Shown here: positions 38,565 through 51,806 of the stretch, piece after piece | How positions within the stretch are numbered: position 1 is the stretch's first letter | Layout: every line of letters starts with the position of its first letter | DNA from: Octopus vulgaris | Taxonomy: Eukaryota | Assembly (NCBI GenBank): GCA_951406725.2 | Contig: OX597817.1 | Span: forward strand, 145,266,001-145,330,000 | Reading direction: 5' to 3' | Length of the DNA stretch: 64,000 bases | The notes under the pieces: model-generated | Seen by the model: only the letters and a program-made list of their open reading frames with translations | Told to the model about the DNA's origin: nothing | The model's database searches: none | Position numbers and translations under genes: made by a program

Positions 38565-40641
38565 GTAAGTTCATAATTATAATTACTTTATAATTAGAGG
38601 CTTTCTTTTAATTCCTTTTGTTTTTTCATAAAAGCGTTTTTGGAAAAGAATCTTGACAGCTTCCAGTCTAAAAATACTTTGTGTGTATGTATTTATTACT
38701 TTTATTTAAATTTCAGTGCTGTGTTCTTAGTATTTTTATGTTATTTATATTAAATTTCAGACTACAGTCAGATTGAATTTTGAAAGAGCATGGATCATTT
38801 CATATATTTATGATTAAAACATTCATATATTTTTATGTGAGTGCTCAATGCACACTAGAGTTAGGTAACTAATGTTGTGACAAGGAAGAAAACAGAGGTA
38901 GCAAACATGAGACTGGAAGAGTGACAGCCTACATAAGAGAAAAAAGAAAGGGCTTAAAGCTGCCTCTTGTCTGTATATTTGTGTATGATAGAGGAAAATA
39001 GGGAGAGGAAAGAAAGAGAGAGACAGAGAAGATGATTGAATTTCCATTAACGCTTTGAACTTGATGATATAAGAAACAAACAGCAGGATAGGTTGAGATG
39101 GAAGAGGAAGAAGAAACAGACTGGGGTAAATGATACTAAAAGAGGGAAGAATGTGATAACATTTGGCTGTTGAGTATTTCTGCTTTTTATCATAATAGTA
39201 ATTTGTGTGGAAGTTTAAAAAAAAAACATAGTCCTCCAACAATGAATCGGTCCATTGATTCATACCAAATATGATAAAAGTACTTTACTGTGGGCTGTAA
39301 AATCTCAGGCAATGTGTGAAGCTATATTGTTAGTGCCTATGTACTAGGCTCCTCCATTATGTTGTTTCAGCTGTAAAGCTAAGAATATAAGACTTCCAAA
39401 TATTCTTTTCTACTTTAGGCACAAGATTTCCAAATATTATCAGTGCAGACAAATTAGTACCAATCTCTGTAACAAATTTGACCCCCCATAAAGTCAAAAA
39501 TATCCATGAGAAGGAAGCATTATAGTTTTTGTCTTTAATCTTAAAATAGGTCATGTTTGCCTTTTTTATAAATACTACCACATTGTCTGACAGTGATGGT
39601 GGTGATTGTTTAGCCCAAGGTCAGGTCTGGTTCAGCAGCACTGTGATCAAAAGCACATATTTATAAGATTGTGCTTATCTAATGAGTCCTTAAAACAGGA
39701 GGATGGCCACTTTTTTTTTTCTTTTTAGAATATTTTAAAGACTACACTATCCAATGTGTCCTTCCTATTTTTAAAATAGGAAGATGTGATTTGGGGAGCA
39801 CTTGACTGCTATTTCTAACAACTATGCAAAGGCTCCCTCATTGTCTTATCTTTAGGAGACATTTATGGTAATGATCTTCATTCCTGAATGTAGTGGATAT
39901 ATTTACAATGTTAGTGGCAAAGAGCATTAGGTGGAAACAGCAGTAAGGGTTAGAGAAAGGAATAGTGGAGACAGTTTTTCTGGTTTGATAGATATTTGTT
40001 ATTGTTTAGGCATGCAAGTAAAGGAATAAACGTGTCATTTTTCAAGTTAACTTAGAATAAATTGAATGCCATGCAACAACCAAAATATGGTTTTTGTATA
40101 AATATTGTGTATGACCTGTGGCTATAACATACATTGTCTTAGCTTGGTTGATAACTTCTGACATAGGTACAAAGTCAGTATATATTATATTTACTTATGA
40201 TGCAGATTATCCCTAGTTTCTTTAAATTTACTGTTCATTTTACTACCAATTAACTTGTATGAATGGGAAGCTCAAGAAGATATATCTTTAAATAATAGAG
40301 ATTTCTTTTTAGTGAGGAACTCTTTAAGCAGTCATTTGACCTGCTAGAAAAAGCAGTCAAACCTCCCTTAAATCATACCCAACCATCTTTAAAAAATAAC
40401 TGCAATGTCTTTCATTTTAGGCAAGCTTAGTCTAGGACTGGCCTGGGGCTTCGCAGTAACAATAAGTTCCTACCTAGGCATGGAAACAAATATTTGGCTG
40501 GGTTTACTTATTTTATCAATTCCTCAAAGATAAAATATGAAATAGTCCTCCCCCCTCCAGCAAGGTAAGAACTCAAACTATGGATGGATGAAACTAAATG
40601 TTTTGTAGCAATCCATCTGGATTTTGTTTTGTAGCAATACC

Positions 40642-40873
40642 TATTCCTTTACTACCCACAAGGGTTTAAACACAGAGAGAACAAACAAGGACAGACAAAT
40701 GGATTAAGTTGATTATATCGACCCCAGTGCGTAACTGGTACTTATGTAATTGACCCCGAAAGGATGAAAGGCAAAGTCAACCTCGGCGGAATTTGAACTC
40801 AGAACGCAGTGGCAGACGAAATACTGCCAGGCATTTTGCCCGACATGCTAACGTTTCTGCCAGCTTGCCGCCT
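40642..40873 (-). mobile_element. SINE family A, tail type 1, with a 10-bp TSD
   Basis: TSD tagcaatacc at 40632-40641 and 40874-40883. Confidence 0.88.
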
Positions 40874-41144
40874 TAGCAATACCACTTTACAACCTTATTT
40901 ATTTAACCACATTTTATTGAGCTGTAAAATCTGACAGAATGTCAAAAGCGATAAAATGTAGAATGTTATGTTTAAGCTGCCTCATTGACCTTGTAATTAT
41001 TTATAATGTGTTGTTGAACCAGAATCTCAAGTAGTAGCTACAAAACATGATTGCAAACATGAAACATATGTATCAATGAACTGTTGGGTGATCAGAAGAC
41101 ATACAGATGTCCTTGACTCAGCAGAAGTTCTAATATGTTTTAGG

Positions 41145-41468
41145 TGTAGCTTGTGTGGTAAGAAGTTTGCTTCTCAACCGTATGGCTTCAGGTTCAGTTC
41201 CATTGTGTTGCACCCTGGGCAAGTGTCTTCTACTCTAATCACAGGCTGACCAAAGCCTTGTGAGTAAATTTGGTAGGTGGAAACTGAAAGAAGCTCATTG
41301 TGTGTGTTTGTCCCCTACCATTACCTGACAAACGGTGTTGGTGTGTTTACATCTCTGTAAATAAGCAATTTGGGAAAAGAGACTGGTTAAATAAACAACT
41401 AAAAATTCAAGGTGGGTGCCCCAAAATGGCCACAGTCTAATGACTGGAGCAAGTAAAAGATAAAAGAT
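41145..41468 (+). mobile_element. SINE family B
   Basis: Family consensus. Confidence 0.75.
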
Positions 41469-43014
41469 AAACATAAAAAATTTCTAATGAATGTCACTGT
41501 TAAGATGGCTAGTAGACTCAATCCAAACTTAATCTGTCATTTGGTTTAACACCATCTTTGGTGTGATCAGTAGAATTCAATTTGTTACAAGTATTTGAAC
41601 CAGGTGTCCAGGAAATAGCGGTAAATTCCTTCCACAGTCCAATGACCACAAGTAAACAATAAAGCATTATTCAGATTAAGATCTCATCTAACTTATATTA
41701 ACCTCAACCCTTTTGTATAGCTTACAAACACAGTTAAAACTTTTTTATTAACCATCAAATTAGCAGTTAATTGTAGATCTGTTTATCTGTCTAAATAAAT
41801 ATTCAGTAAGACAGACCTAAAATAGATCTTTCATATAAAACATAGATTTGATATTCAAACAATTCTTTTCTATTTTTAACTACTTTCAATAGCAAGAGTA
41901 AACAAACTTGTTTTCAGATATAAAATTACTCAGGAAAAATATAAATAAATTAGAAATCTCTTAATAAAGAGTATTTTTAGGTTAATAAATTATACATTTT
42001 CATTACATGTCTAATAAAGAAGTAAGCGGTTTGGTTCTAGCAAAATTTGTACAAAATGTAGATTAAAGCAAATTTAGAATGTGACAAAATTTAGTTTTGT
42101 CTATCTTTTGTTTTAAAAGATTGTGTTAGCCTTGCTGAGTAAAGTGTCGATTTAACTTTCATTGAAAATAGTTTTGTTAAATATTGTACTTATTACGTAT
42201 TTGTTTTGTTCTTGTATGAACTTTTCTCTCTTACTGAATATTTATCCTGATTTTCCTATTTGTTTTTTTAATTTAACCACAAGAAAGAGGATCGTAATAT
42301 CAAACTATAGGTATATTTTTATCTCATAATTAATCAGTTTCTAATGAGTATTTCAACATTTCCAAATTATTTGTGAATGTAAGAATTTTTGACCAGGTTT
42401 CACTTTAAATCACTTTGTATTATTATATTTCATTAAAACTGCCTAAGTTTATATGAATTCATGAGATTTAATAACATTTGAATACATGAGTATGAAAATG
42501 AAAACTATATTGGTTACATGACATTCTAAGTGCCAACTACAATTCCATCATCACTGTCTTCCTTGCTTGACATAGTTCATATTTCTAAAGCTAAGGTGTT
42601 GTGCCCTGCTTGCTTTACCATAGAGAAAGATTAAATGGAATCTCAGAGTATTGTCAACTAAACTATCATATCTTTCATCTGTTTATTCAAATCTTAACCT
42701 TGTGAAGTATAGCCTCTCTTATCTCACCTTTATCATCATCTGATAAACTTTTGATGAAACAAATTTTCAACAAAGATTTATGGTTGAAACAATTTCACTC
42801 TACCCTTTGTCATATTTCTGATGTCTAATCATCTAAACCTTGATCTGGTGATGTTTGGGGGCTCAATCAGACTGACTTAGTCTCAACACAGCCCTTTAAA
42901 TATTATGAAAATTTTTCATTTTCAATTCTCATACACCAGCTGTAAATGAAATATTTTTCTTACAACATTATAGTAAGTGCTTGATAAAATATCATATCTT
43001 TTTTAATTACATAC

Positions 43015-43232
43015 TCTGGAAATTGTAGTTGTGATACCTGTGCCGGTGGCATGTTAAAAGCACCATTTGTACGTGACCGATGCCAGCGCCGCCTTGACTG
43101 GCTTCCATGCTGGTGGCATGTAAAAAGCACCAACTGATCGTGGCCATTGCCAGTCTCCCCTGGCACCTGTGCCAGTGGCACGTAAAAGCACCCACTACAC
43201 TCTCAGAGTGGTTGGCGTTTGGAAGGGCATCC
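43015..43232 (+). mobile_element. Repeat family C, truncated
   Basis: Tandem ggcatgt.aaaagcacca units and ggaagggcatcca. Confidence 0.75.
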
Positions 43233-43967
43233 ATGTTTAATAGTTGGAAGAAGGCAGTCTGGGTCAAATGCTTCATTTGGCTGTCTCCACACGTATACTT
43301 TGAAGTATACTCAACATGTATACTAAACTAAAGGATGACTCGTTGAAGAAATTAACATTCTTCCACTTCTCTAGAGACCAATTCTGTAGGTTTTTACTCC
43401 ACTCTAAATGCCGTGCAGCATTTGTTCTTGAAAGTAGTGATTTTCTGATTGCAGTCCTCCCATGAAATATGGCTTTGTGCAACTCCTGGTGAACAGATTG
43501 TATGGAAACTAGGTTCTTGAGGTGCTCATTAAGTTCTGCAGTAATTTTGGGAGCTGTACTTTTGTGATCATTTCTAACAATTCACATAAGAGTCCAGCGG
43601 TCCCTATCTGAAAGTTTTGGCTTTCTTCCGGAGTTTTGTTTCGATGAGGAAGTTTTTCCCTCTTTCTCAAAGGCTGTCATTACTTTGGAGACAGTACTTC
43701 TTGATACATTTTGGCTGTTTTCATTACACTAGTGCCTGCCATACAAGCACCAACAATTTGACCTCTTTGAAAGTCCAATAGATCAGTCATTTTAATGAAT
43801 TTTAATTGCTTTTTCTGGTGATATATGAAAAGAAACAGCAATTTTAGCAAAACATATTAAGCAACACTAATAATAAGTCAAAAAACATAAAAATAAACAA
43901 TCTTTTGATGGTTTTATAGATATTTCAAAGTTATGACGCTAAGGGTTTCCATTACTTTGTCCTACCC

Positions 43968-43970
<3 letters not shown>
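43233..43970 (-). pseudogene. Tc1-family transposon remnant: one TIR plus the decayed N-terminal half of the transposase
   Basis: TIR caggggtaggacaaagtaatggaaac at 43970 (-). ATG at 43790 gives MTDLLDFQRGQIVGACMAG. Further on, HKAIFHGRTAIRKSLLS...RHLEWSK...W...W..V.FFNES matches the Tc1 HTH-linker-first D region (FSDES decayed). Confidence 0.85.
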
Positions 43971-44006
<36 letters not shown>

Positions 44007-46346
44007 TGGTGTATGTTTTTACCTTTTATTTTTAATAACAGAAAGTTACAAAAGGGACTCAGGAGTTTTGTGTATGGCACTTACCAAACTTTGGTAAGTG
44101 CCATGCACAAAACTCTCAGTCTTTTAAGTCACTTTTGCAACTTTTTGCGAATTAAAACAAAAAGATAAAAAGAAGTACATATTCATGTATTCAGTTCTGT
44201 TTCTCCTGTTTGGTTTATCAGGTCAATGTATTTATATATCTGTGTGTGCGTGTGCATGTACAGACATACTCGCAAAGGAGAGAATGTTGTTGGTTTACAT
44301 GCTTAAACTGTAAAATGCACAAAACATATTTTTGATGAAGTATGCAATGTCTGTTGTATAATTAGCTGTGTACACATATGCATATTTACAAATGGGGACT
44401 TTTATACCAATTAATGAAAAAGTCAGCATTTTGTTTCAACTGGTGCTTAATCATATAAAAGTACTCTCAAACCCAAATAATAACTGGAATAATAAGATAA
44501 TTCAGTTATATATTTTACATTTATTTTGTTGACTGATATTCAAATTTGTCTTAGTTTACAAACAGGAGCCAATGGAAATAAATATAAAATTGTCTTTCAT
44601 CACATCAATGTTATCATTATCATCAACGTTACACCATTTTGTCTTCATCTTCACTATCATTCATGTCATAACCTTTATCTTTGCTGTGATAATCCTCATT
44701 TTATTTCTATAAATTTATTTTGATATTTGGTACCCTTTTGCGGTGAACTTTCACACCTGTTAATATTCAGTTTTCAAATGTTGCTCTGTTTTGTTAATTG
44801 AACATGAGAAGATAGCAACCGTTCTTTGGACTTCTATTTTAGCATGCTTTTCTCACCAACAAGAGAGAGGGATATCCAGTGTAAGGTAGGCGCCTGGATT
44901 TTAGTCCAAGAAGAAAACCTTATGACTCAGCTTCAACAGCATGCAGATTAGTTCTTACGTTGCGTAATTTGCGCATGGAAAAACATCAACTGCTTTCTAT
45001 CCTTTACTTTCCTTGTTCCTGTTTTAATGTCAATCATTTTAAGAATCACTGATAAATCAAAAGTGATTTTGAATTTTAAAAAAATAAATTCATCAATTTT
45101 TAAGAAATTACCAATATAATCTTTAATGTGGACAAACCATAAGCAACAAAGTCATTCTCTTAATTACATATGATTTCCCTGCGTTTAATATAAGATGGTT
45201 CTGTTATATATTATGTTACATAATAAAATTTAAAGGAAATAATTCATTCTCTATTTGTAATAATACAGGCTGTTTTGTTTTTAATATATTTCAACTAAAT
45301 AATATTTATTTATTAAAATTAAATTATTAAATTGGATTATTTTTTTTTTTGACATATCTTCAGTATTCTGTAAATATGAAAATGAAACTTACAGTAATTG
45401 AAACAAGATCTACATTAACCAGTCCAGGTTGTAGTGAATAATTTAATAAAAATAATTATTGTATCATTTAATTAACAATGTCCCTTGTGCTGAGAGATTT
45501 ATGAAAACAATGCTTGAGAAAAAAAAAAACTAGTTTATGTAATAAAGAATCAATATAATTATTCAAAGTAAAGGAATAATACTGTATTAGCAACCTGGTG
45601 AGAATTATCAGGTTTTTTAGAGAATAACATTTTGTTCATTTAAATTTTTTTTTTTATTTCACATTGAAACACAGGGAAGGAGAGTAGAAAGTTGTAATGT
45701 TCATGCCTTTTAAAAGTGTGTTAGGAAAAAAATAATTACAAACTAACTGAACTATAAAAAAAGATAAAAAAAAAACAAAGATGGCCTAAATTAGTTTCAG
45801 TTTATAACTCATCAGTTAATTCTTTCTCTTGCATCCAACAGTCTAAAAGTCCTTTATTGTTTAGTTGTATTAATTACTGGTGCAAATGTTTTCAAACTGG
45901 TTGGTCTCTGGTGGAAGCATTAGTTGTTTTTCAGCTAGACTGACTGAAAACAGCAAATATGTAATGACATTTTAGAGTACAGTAAATTAACTAAATTAAG
46001 CTGTTGTCAGCTTAATTAGCTGCAGCAATTCTTCATGCTAAAATTTTCCTGAAGAAATCATTCTGTTGTTACTTTTCTATTAACTTCAGTTAACAATAAA
46101 ATTGCTAAGTGGACACCATACCTGAACTATGAGAATCTGAAAACTTGTAATATAGATTAAATATGCACATTTCTCAGCTGCTTCGGTGTAACCATACTCA
46201 GTGGTTCATTACATTATATAATATAATGTTAGAGGAGGACTTTTTTATTTTCTTCTTGAGAACTATCCAACAAAATTTCATCTTAGAACATCTTTAGAAA
46301 ATAAATACGAAAAAGCAGTTTAGTGGTATACTATTTCTGTCACTCA

Positions 46347-46384
<38 letters not shown>

Positions 46385-47789
46385 TGTTAACAATAACAAA
46401 ACTTTCTAATTTAGGCACAAGATCTAAATTAGCATTTCTTCCCATGCCCTGATAATTCTGCCAGCTTGCCACCTTTTAATAATAATAATTATGAAGAATT
46501 ACAGCAGTAATGATTTCTTCATATGTACACAGTGTTTTCAAATATGACAGTAAGCAATTGTTCTCAAAATGGTTTCAGAAGTTTTGCTTCACAGCCGTGT
46601 AATTCTGGCTTCAATTCCATGGCATGTCATCTTGGTTAAGTGTCTTCTATTATGTGTTGACCAATTCTTTTCTCATTGGAAGACAGAAACTGCAAAAGGC
46701 CATCCATTTTACATATGATTCATAGACATATACATACATGCACACACAGACACACTTATATATTTAACTCAGTTCCTCTCATCTTTCCTTACCCTCCCTC
46801 ATCACCCCACCTAGAATCCTTACACCTTCTCTCTTCTCCTTCAATTATAGGGAGTCACTTTAGGCACTAAATTTATTTCCTTGAGCAAGATACTTTATTT
46901 CACGTTGCTCCAGTCCACTGAGCTGGCAAAAATGAGTTGTACCTGTATTTCAAAAGGCCAGCCTTGTCACTCTGAATCTCCCTAAGAACTACATTAAGGG
47001 TACACATATCTGTGGAGCACTCGGCCACTTGCACACTAATTTCACAAGCAAGCTGTTCCATTGATTGTATCAGCTGGAACCCTCGTCGTCATAACCGACA
47101 GAGTACTCCTACATATGACACTAAACTAGAAAGCAAAACTCATGTTTTCTGAAGTATCTCTCACTAAAAATCTTCCATCAATGTTTGCAAGTTTATTACT
47201 GTGAATATTTCTATTTTCTGTTTTGTAGTTTTTGCACTGGTTTGGCAAGAGTTGACTCGGTCTGTGATCACGTGTGAAACTGTAACAAATAAATCAATGA
47301 AACAGTTACAATAAAGTAGTGTTTCCCAACATTTATTACCCTTGCAGAACTCTTAAAACACACATTAAAATTACCATATTTAGCAGTGAATTGGTAGAGC
47401 GTCAAATAGAATATAAAAGAAAAACTCCCTTCTTGAGTTCCATCAACTCATAAGGGCCAGTTTCCTGATTTCCGTGGTTATATGGGACACCAGTCCATCA
47501 CAGGTTTTCTCACTTTTGTCAGCTGTGTGGTCTGGAGCAACATGAAATGAAATGATTTGCTGAAGAACACAATGCATCACCCAGTCCAGGAATTGAAATC
47601 ACAATCTTAAAAATTATGAGTCCAACACCTTAACCTCTAGGCCACACACCTCCACGTCAAATAGAATATCTTGTAATATTTGCTCCAACTCTCCCAATGT
47701 CACCCTTTCAAGGTCAATAGAAAAGTTCCAATCCAAGGTGGACTGTAAGAAAATTGGACTCAGTCATTTGTCATTATCTCTATGGGGAC

Positions 47790-48365
47790 CAGCACTCACA
47801 AAGTGCTTTTTATGTGCCACCAGCACAGGTGCTAGTTACACAACACAGTTATCAATCACATTGCTTCCATGAGGCCCAATGTTCGAAGATCATGCTTCAT
47901 CACCTCATCCTGTGTCTCCTTGGGACTCCCTCTTCCACTGGTAGAGATCGGCACTTCTTCACACAGCTGTCCACATCCATATACATCACATGACCGTACC
48001 AACACAGTCATCTCTCTTGCACACCACATCTTATGCCTCTTGTGCCCAACTTTTCTCTCAAGACATTTACACTCTGTTGTACATACACACTGACATTACA
48101 CATCCAGCAAAACATACTAGCTTCATTTCTTTCAAGCCTACGCATTTCCTCAGCCCATGTTTCACAATCATGTAGCATGGCTGTTTGTACACAGGCATCA
48201 TACAATCTGCCTTTCACATTGAGGGAGAGGTCCTTTATTACCAACAGAGGTTGGGGCTCTCTGATTTGTTCACCTAGGTAACGGAAGCTATGAACTACTT
48301 CTAGTTTTTCCCCCTAGCATTTGATGGAGTCCATTTTCTGTATATCTTTAATTGTACCTGTGCAC
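47790..48365 (-). mobile_element. RTE-clade LINE fragment, same family as 56565-58290
   Basis: ORF 48008-48244: KGRLYDACVQTAMLHDCETW..EMRRLERNEASMFCWMCNV. Confidence 0.82.
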
Positions 48366-51300
48366 AAAAATATCTTTATCAATCCTTTTCTTGAATTTGC
48401 ATATGAATAGTCTATTTATCACAGAACTCCTAGCAACCTCTTGTGGAACATTAGGGTTCTGGTTGGAAAATGTTGCAGCAAAACATTAAAAGTAAATTTA
48501 ATCAAACAAAAATGTTTTTATGATTGAGCAGTCAATGTTTCAAATGTTAAGGCAGCCACTGCATTGCATACCTTGGTAAAAGTACTTCGTTGAGGTTAGT
48601 TGTAGAATTGGTATCTAATTATAAAATGAATTGTTCCAATGGTGTGAAATGTTCATATTAACTAAAAAGAAAAAAACAGAGAAAAACAAACAATGAAACT
48701 TCTTACTTATGCAAGAATGTAAAATACAAAGATGAATTCATTAATTATTACATTGATATTCATTTATTTATGATTACTAAATTTACAATTACCAAAAACT
48801 TCATTAGAAAATTTGTTATTTATTAATCCAAATCCAAGTAATTTTTTGTTTTAAAATGTTAAATCAAAACAAAAATATATTTTGTATTGTATGATTAAAA
48901 TTCATTAAATGTAAATTTAAATTTGGGAAAATTTGGAAAAGACAAAATAAAAGCTTTAAAGTTTTTAGAATTCCAGTAAATCTATAAAGATTTTATACTT
49001 TACGCACATCTTACCTTAATTCCAAATCCACAATTCCAAATTCTAAAACTATTCTAATACACAACTTTTAAATCACACCAATTCAGACAAAAGTGATTCT
49101 CAAAACTTGTTAAACACAATTTATCCATATTTTATTTTCTTTCAATTTTTTCTCAAAAATCATCAAAATATTTTACATAAGATTTTTTTTTCTTCCTACC
49201 CTTGTACCCTTTGTCTAGTTGGTCTGTTATTTTAATATGTTTCGTGAAATTTTATTGCGTTGTCTTACTATATTTTCATAGTTGTATCAAACGTTTAGAC
49301 GTAACTATTGCGTATTTGTGTTTTATTTTTATTGTTGTCTTTTTAAAGGTATTTTACGTTATTTTTATTATTGTTGTTGTTGTCATAAATCTTTTACATT
49401 TATCTTTCAAACTTATTTTCTTTTAATCATTTTCTAAAATAAAAATTACTTTAATAACTTTGTTTCTCATTAATAATTTATTTATTATTGTATTATTATT
49501 ATTATTATTAATTTTACATCAGTGTATTCAATAAATACTTTTTTTTTACATATTTTTAATATTTTTGCACTAAAGAATCTATCATCCACTTTTCATGTAT
49601 TCTAATTTTCTACCTACAAAAGCACGTTTCACATTTTCTTCAATTTAAATTTCTTTGTATTGCTATTGTAAATATTTTATCCTCTCTACCATATTCCACC
49701 TTTTCCTCTTCCTCCTCCTTTTATTCCACTTACTGCACCTCAGTAACTGTCTTAACTTTTGCTGCACTGTAGCTATCGCCTAAATTTCAAGCTCTATAAA
49801 TATGATTATTTTATTTGTCTTTCTCCATATTTTCATTATAAATTCTGTTACTTTCATTTTGGATCAACTCTGATAGCCACTCTCTCGTTGTTTTATGACA
49901 TTCATCTTCATCTCACTTTTTTTCTTATCATATTATGTTTAGTGCCTCATATATTGCCAGGGTTTTATGTTAGTTTTTACCCATGATTGACACTTTGATT
50001 CAAGCAGAAAACAATCATTTTTCTAACATTCAGTAATTCAAAAGATTCTTTTCAATAATTTTTTTACATAGTAAATTTTCTCTGGACTTCCTTCTTTCAG
50101 TTTTATTCATTTATTTATTTCAAAATAATTCAGTAAAGACAATCATATTCACAACCTATTTATCATGCATGCAATATAAAGTCCACCACAATTATTAATT
50201 TAATAATATCAATTGTATTATTTAATAATGGAATTGTATTTGTATGGCAGAAGACTTGATCTGGAGAACGTGTTGAAACTAAAGTAGCTGCATTACAAAT
50301 GAGCTATTTATTATGCAAAAAAAGTTGTTAAATTCACTTTTATTTTAGAATAATTTCATGAGGTGTCAAATCTTCTGTTGTGAAACTATAACCTGGTCAC
50401 TTACACCATTCTATAATGAAACTGTGTCAGTGACCAAGCTGCAGTTGTGATTTGAAAATTTTGATATCTCATTACATAAATATAAAATGCGTTTAATAGC
50501 ATTGTTTTATTAAATGGTTCTTCCATGATGTAGTTGCTATTTAATCATGATGATCATTATATCATTGACACGTTAATCTCCTGTAAACATTTATATGATA
50601 CAAATTTCAAGTTTAAACTTCAACAATAACCAATGCATCACTTCTCACTATTTGCCAATGTTGTTCTCTTTATATGAAATCTTTGCAAAAACGTTTCAGT
50701 GTTCTATGCGTTAAAGTAGTAGATTGCCAAAATCATTATACTGTTGGACAAAATGCTATGCAATATTAAGTTCTGGCAATTTACAATCTGAGTTCAAACT
50801 CTGTCGAGATCTTTTTTTTATTCTTCTTCTGGTGTCAATAAAGTTCCAGTTTTGTACTGGGATACATGTGTCTCCCAAGCTGAGAATCCTTATTAAATCT
50901 TCTCAGTTTTGCTTTACACTTTAAAGCTAGATGTGGATGTAGACCCCTGTGGTCAATAATACTGACATGAAGGAAAATGGACCCCAGGAATTCTTAAATT
51001 TGAAAAAACATGAAGTTAGAAAAATACCATACAAATCCTGTAAACAGCAGGATATATGACACGTCCATTATCATGCCTAACACAAGTCAACAGATCTGTG
51101 ACATTATTAACAAAGTTTTCATATATTCATCAAACAATGTGCTAAAAGATGTCTTGCAAACAACTTGCACATGCAAGTGCTACCAGTCAAAAACTCCGCA
51201 TACCGGAAGCCAGCAAGTGTATGGGGTCATGTTTCGGGGCCTACCTCTCGACGGCATCAATGTATACCGGCCCCCTCACTGATATGAGACCCCGCTTGCT

Positions 51301-51644
51301 AGATCAGCTGGTTATCAAATAAAGCTCAATATTCTTCTAGCCATCGCTCATCGTCTCTTTTTAACCAAATCCAGTGGCTAGCCTTCTCCACTGTAGTTTG
51401 GATATCGGTCATGGTGGTATTGACTTTACAATGAGTTAGGCCTAACGATAAGAACAGTCTAAAAGAATTTAGTTGATCATTAGTCAGATTGTACAATGAA
51501 AGAAATAGGAATTCATCATTTCATTGTTAGGATCACATCATCCCTTGATTCCTTCCTGACTGGTTTATCATTAATAATCTGGTTTTTCAACAGGAGTGTT
51601 TCAGCCAATTTGCTGTTTTACACTTTATCTCTTGTCACTTGCAG

Positions 51645-51806
51645 TCATCCCAGGAAAATGAAGAAGAAATCTACTCAGTGGAGCTGCACCGAGGAACTCG
51701 TGGTTTTGGCTTCTCAATACGTGGTGGCCGGGAGTTTAATAACATGCCTTTATACGTCCTCCGAATTGCTGATGGAGGAACGGCTGATTTAGACAGCAAT
51801 CTCAGG
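51645..51806 (+). CDS. MAGI: MAGI exon: start of PDZ5
   Basis: cttgtcacttgcag acceptor. Encodes SSQENEEEIYSVELHRGTRGFGFSIRGGREFNNMPLYVLRIADGGTADLDSNLR, typical of MAGI PDZ5. Donor AGG|GTTAGA, phase 0 to phase 0. Confidence 0.94.

Noticed and set aside
40548-40570. ccctccag-caag-gtaaga, resembling a microexon or recursive splice site
   Set aside because: A 4-nt exon would break frame, and the site appears to lie in a decayed SINE A remnant.
47317-48476. Possible hAT/Charlie-like MITE ends (tagtgtttcccaac ... gttggaaaatgttg) split by SINE and LINE insertions
   Set aside because: The TIRs are too degenerate and I could not confirm an 8-bp TSD, so it is not listed as a feature.
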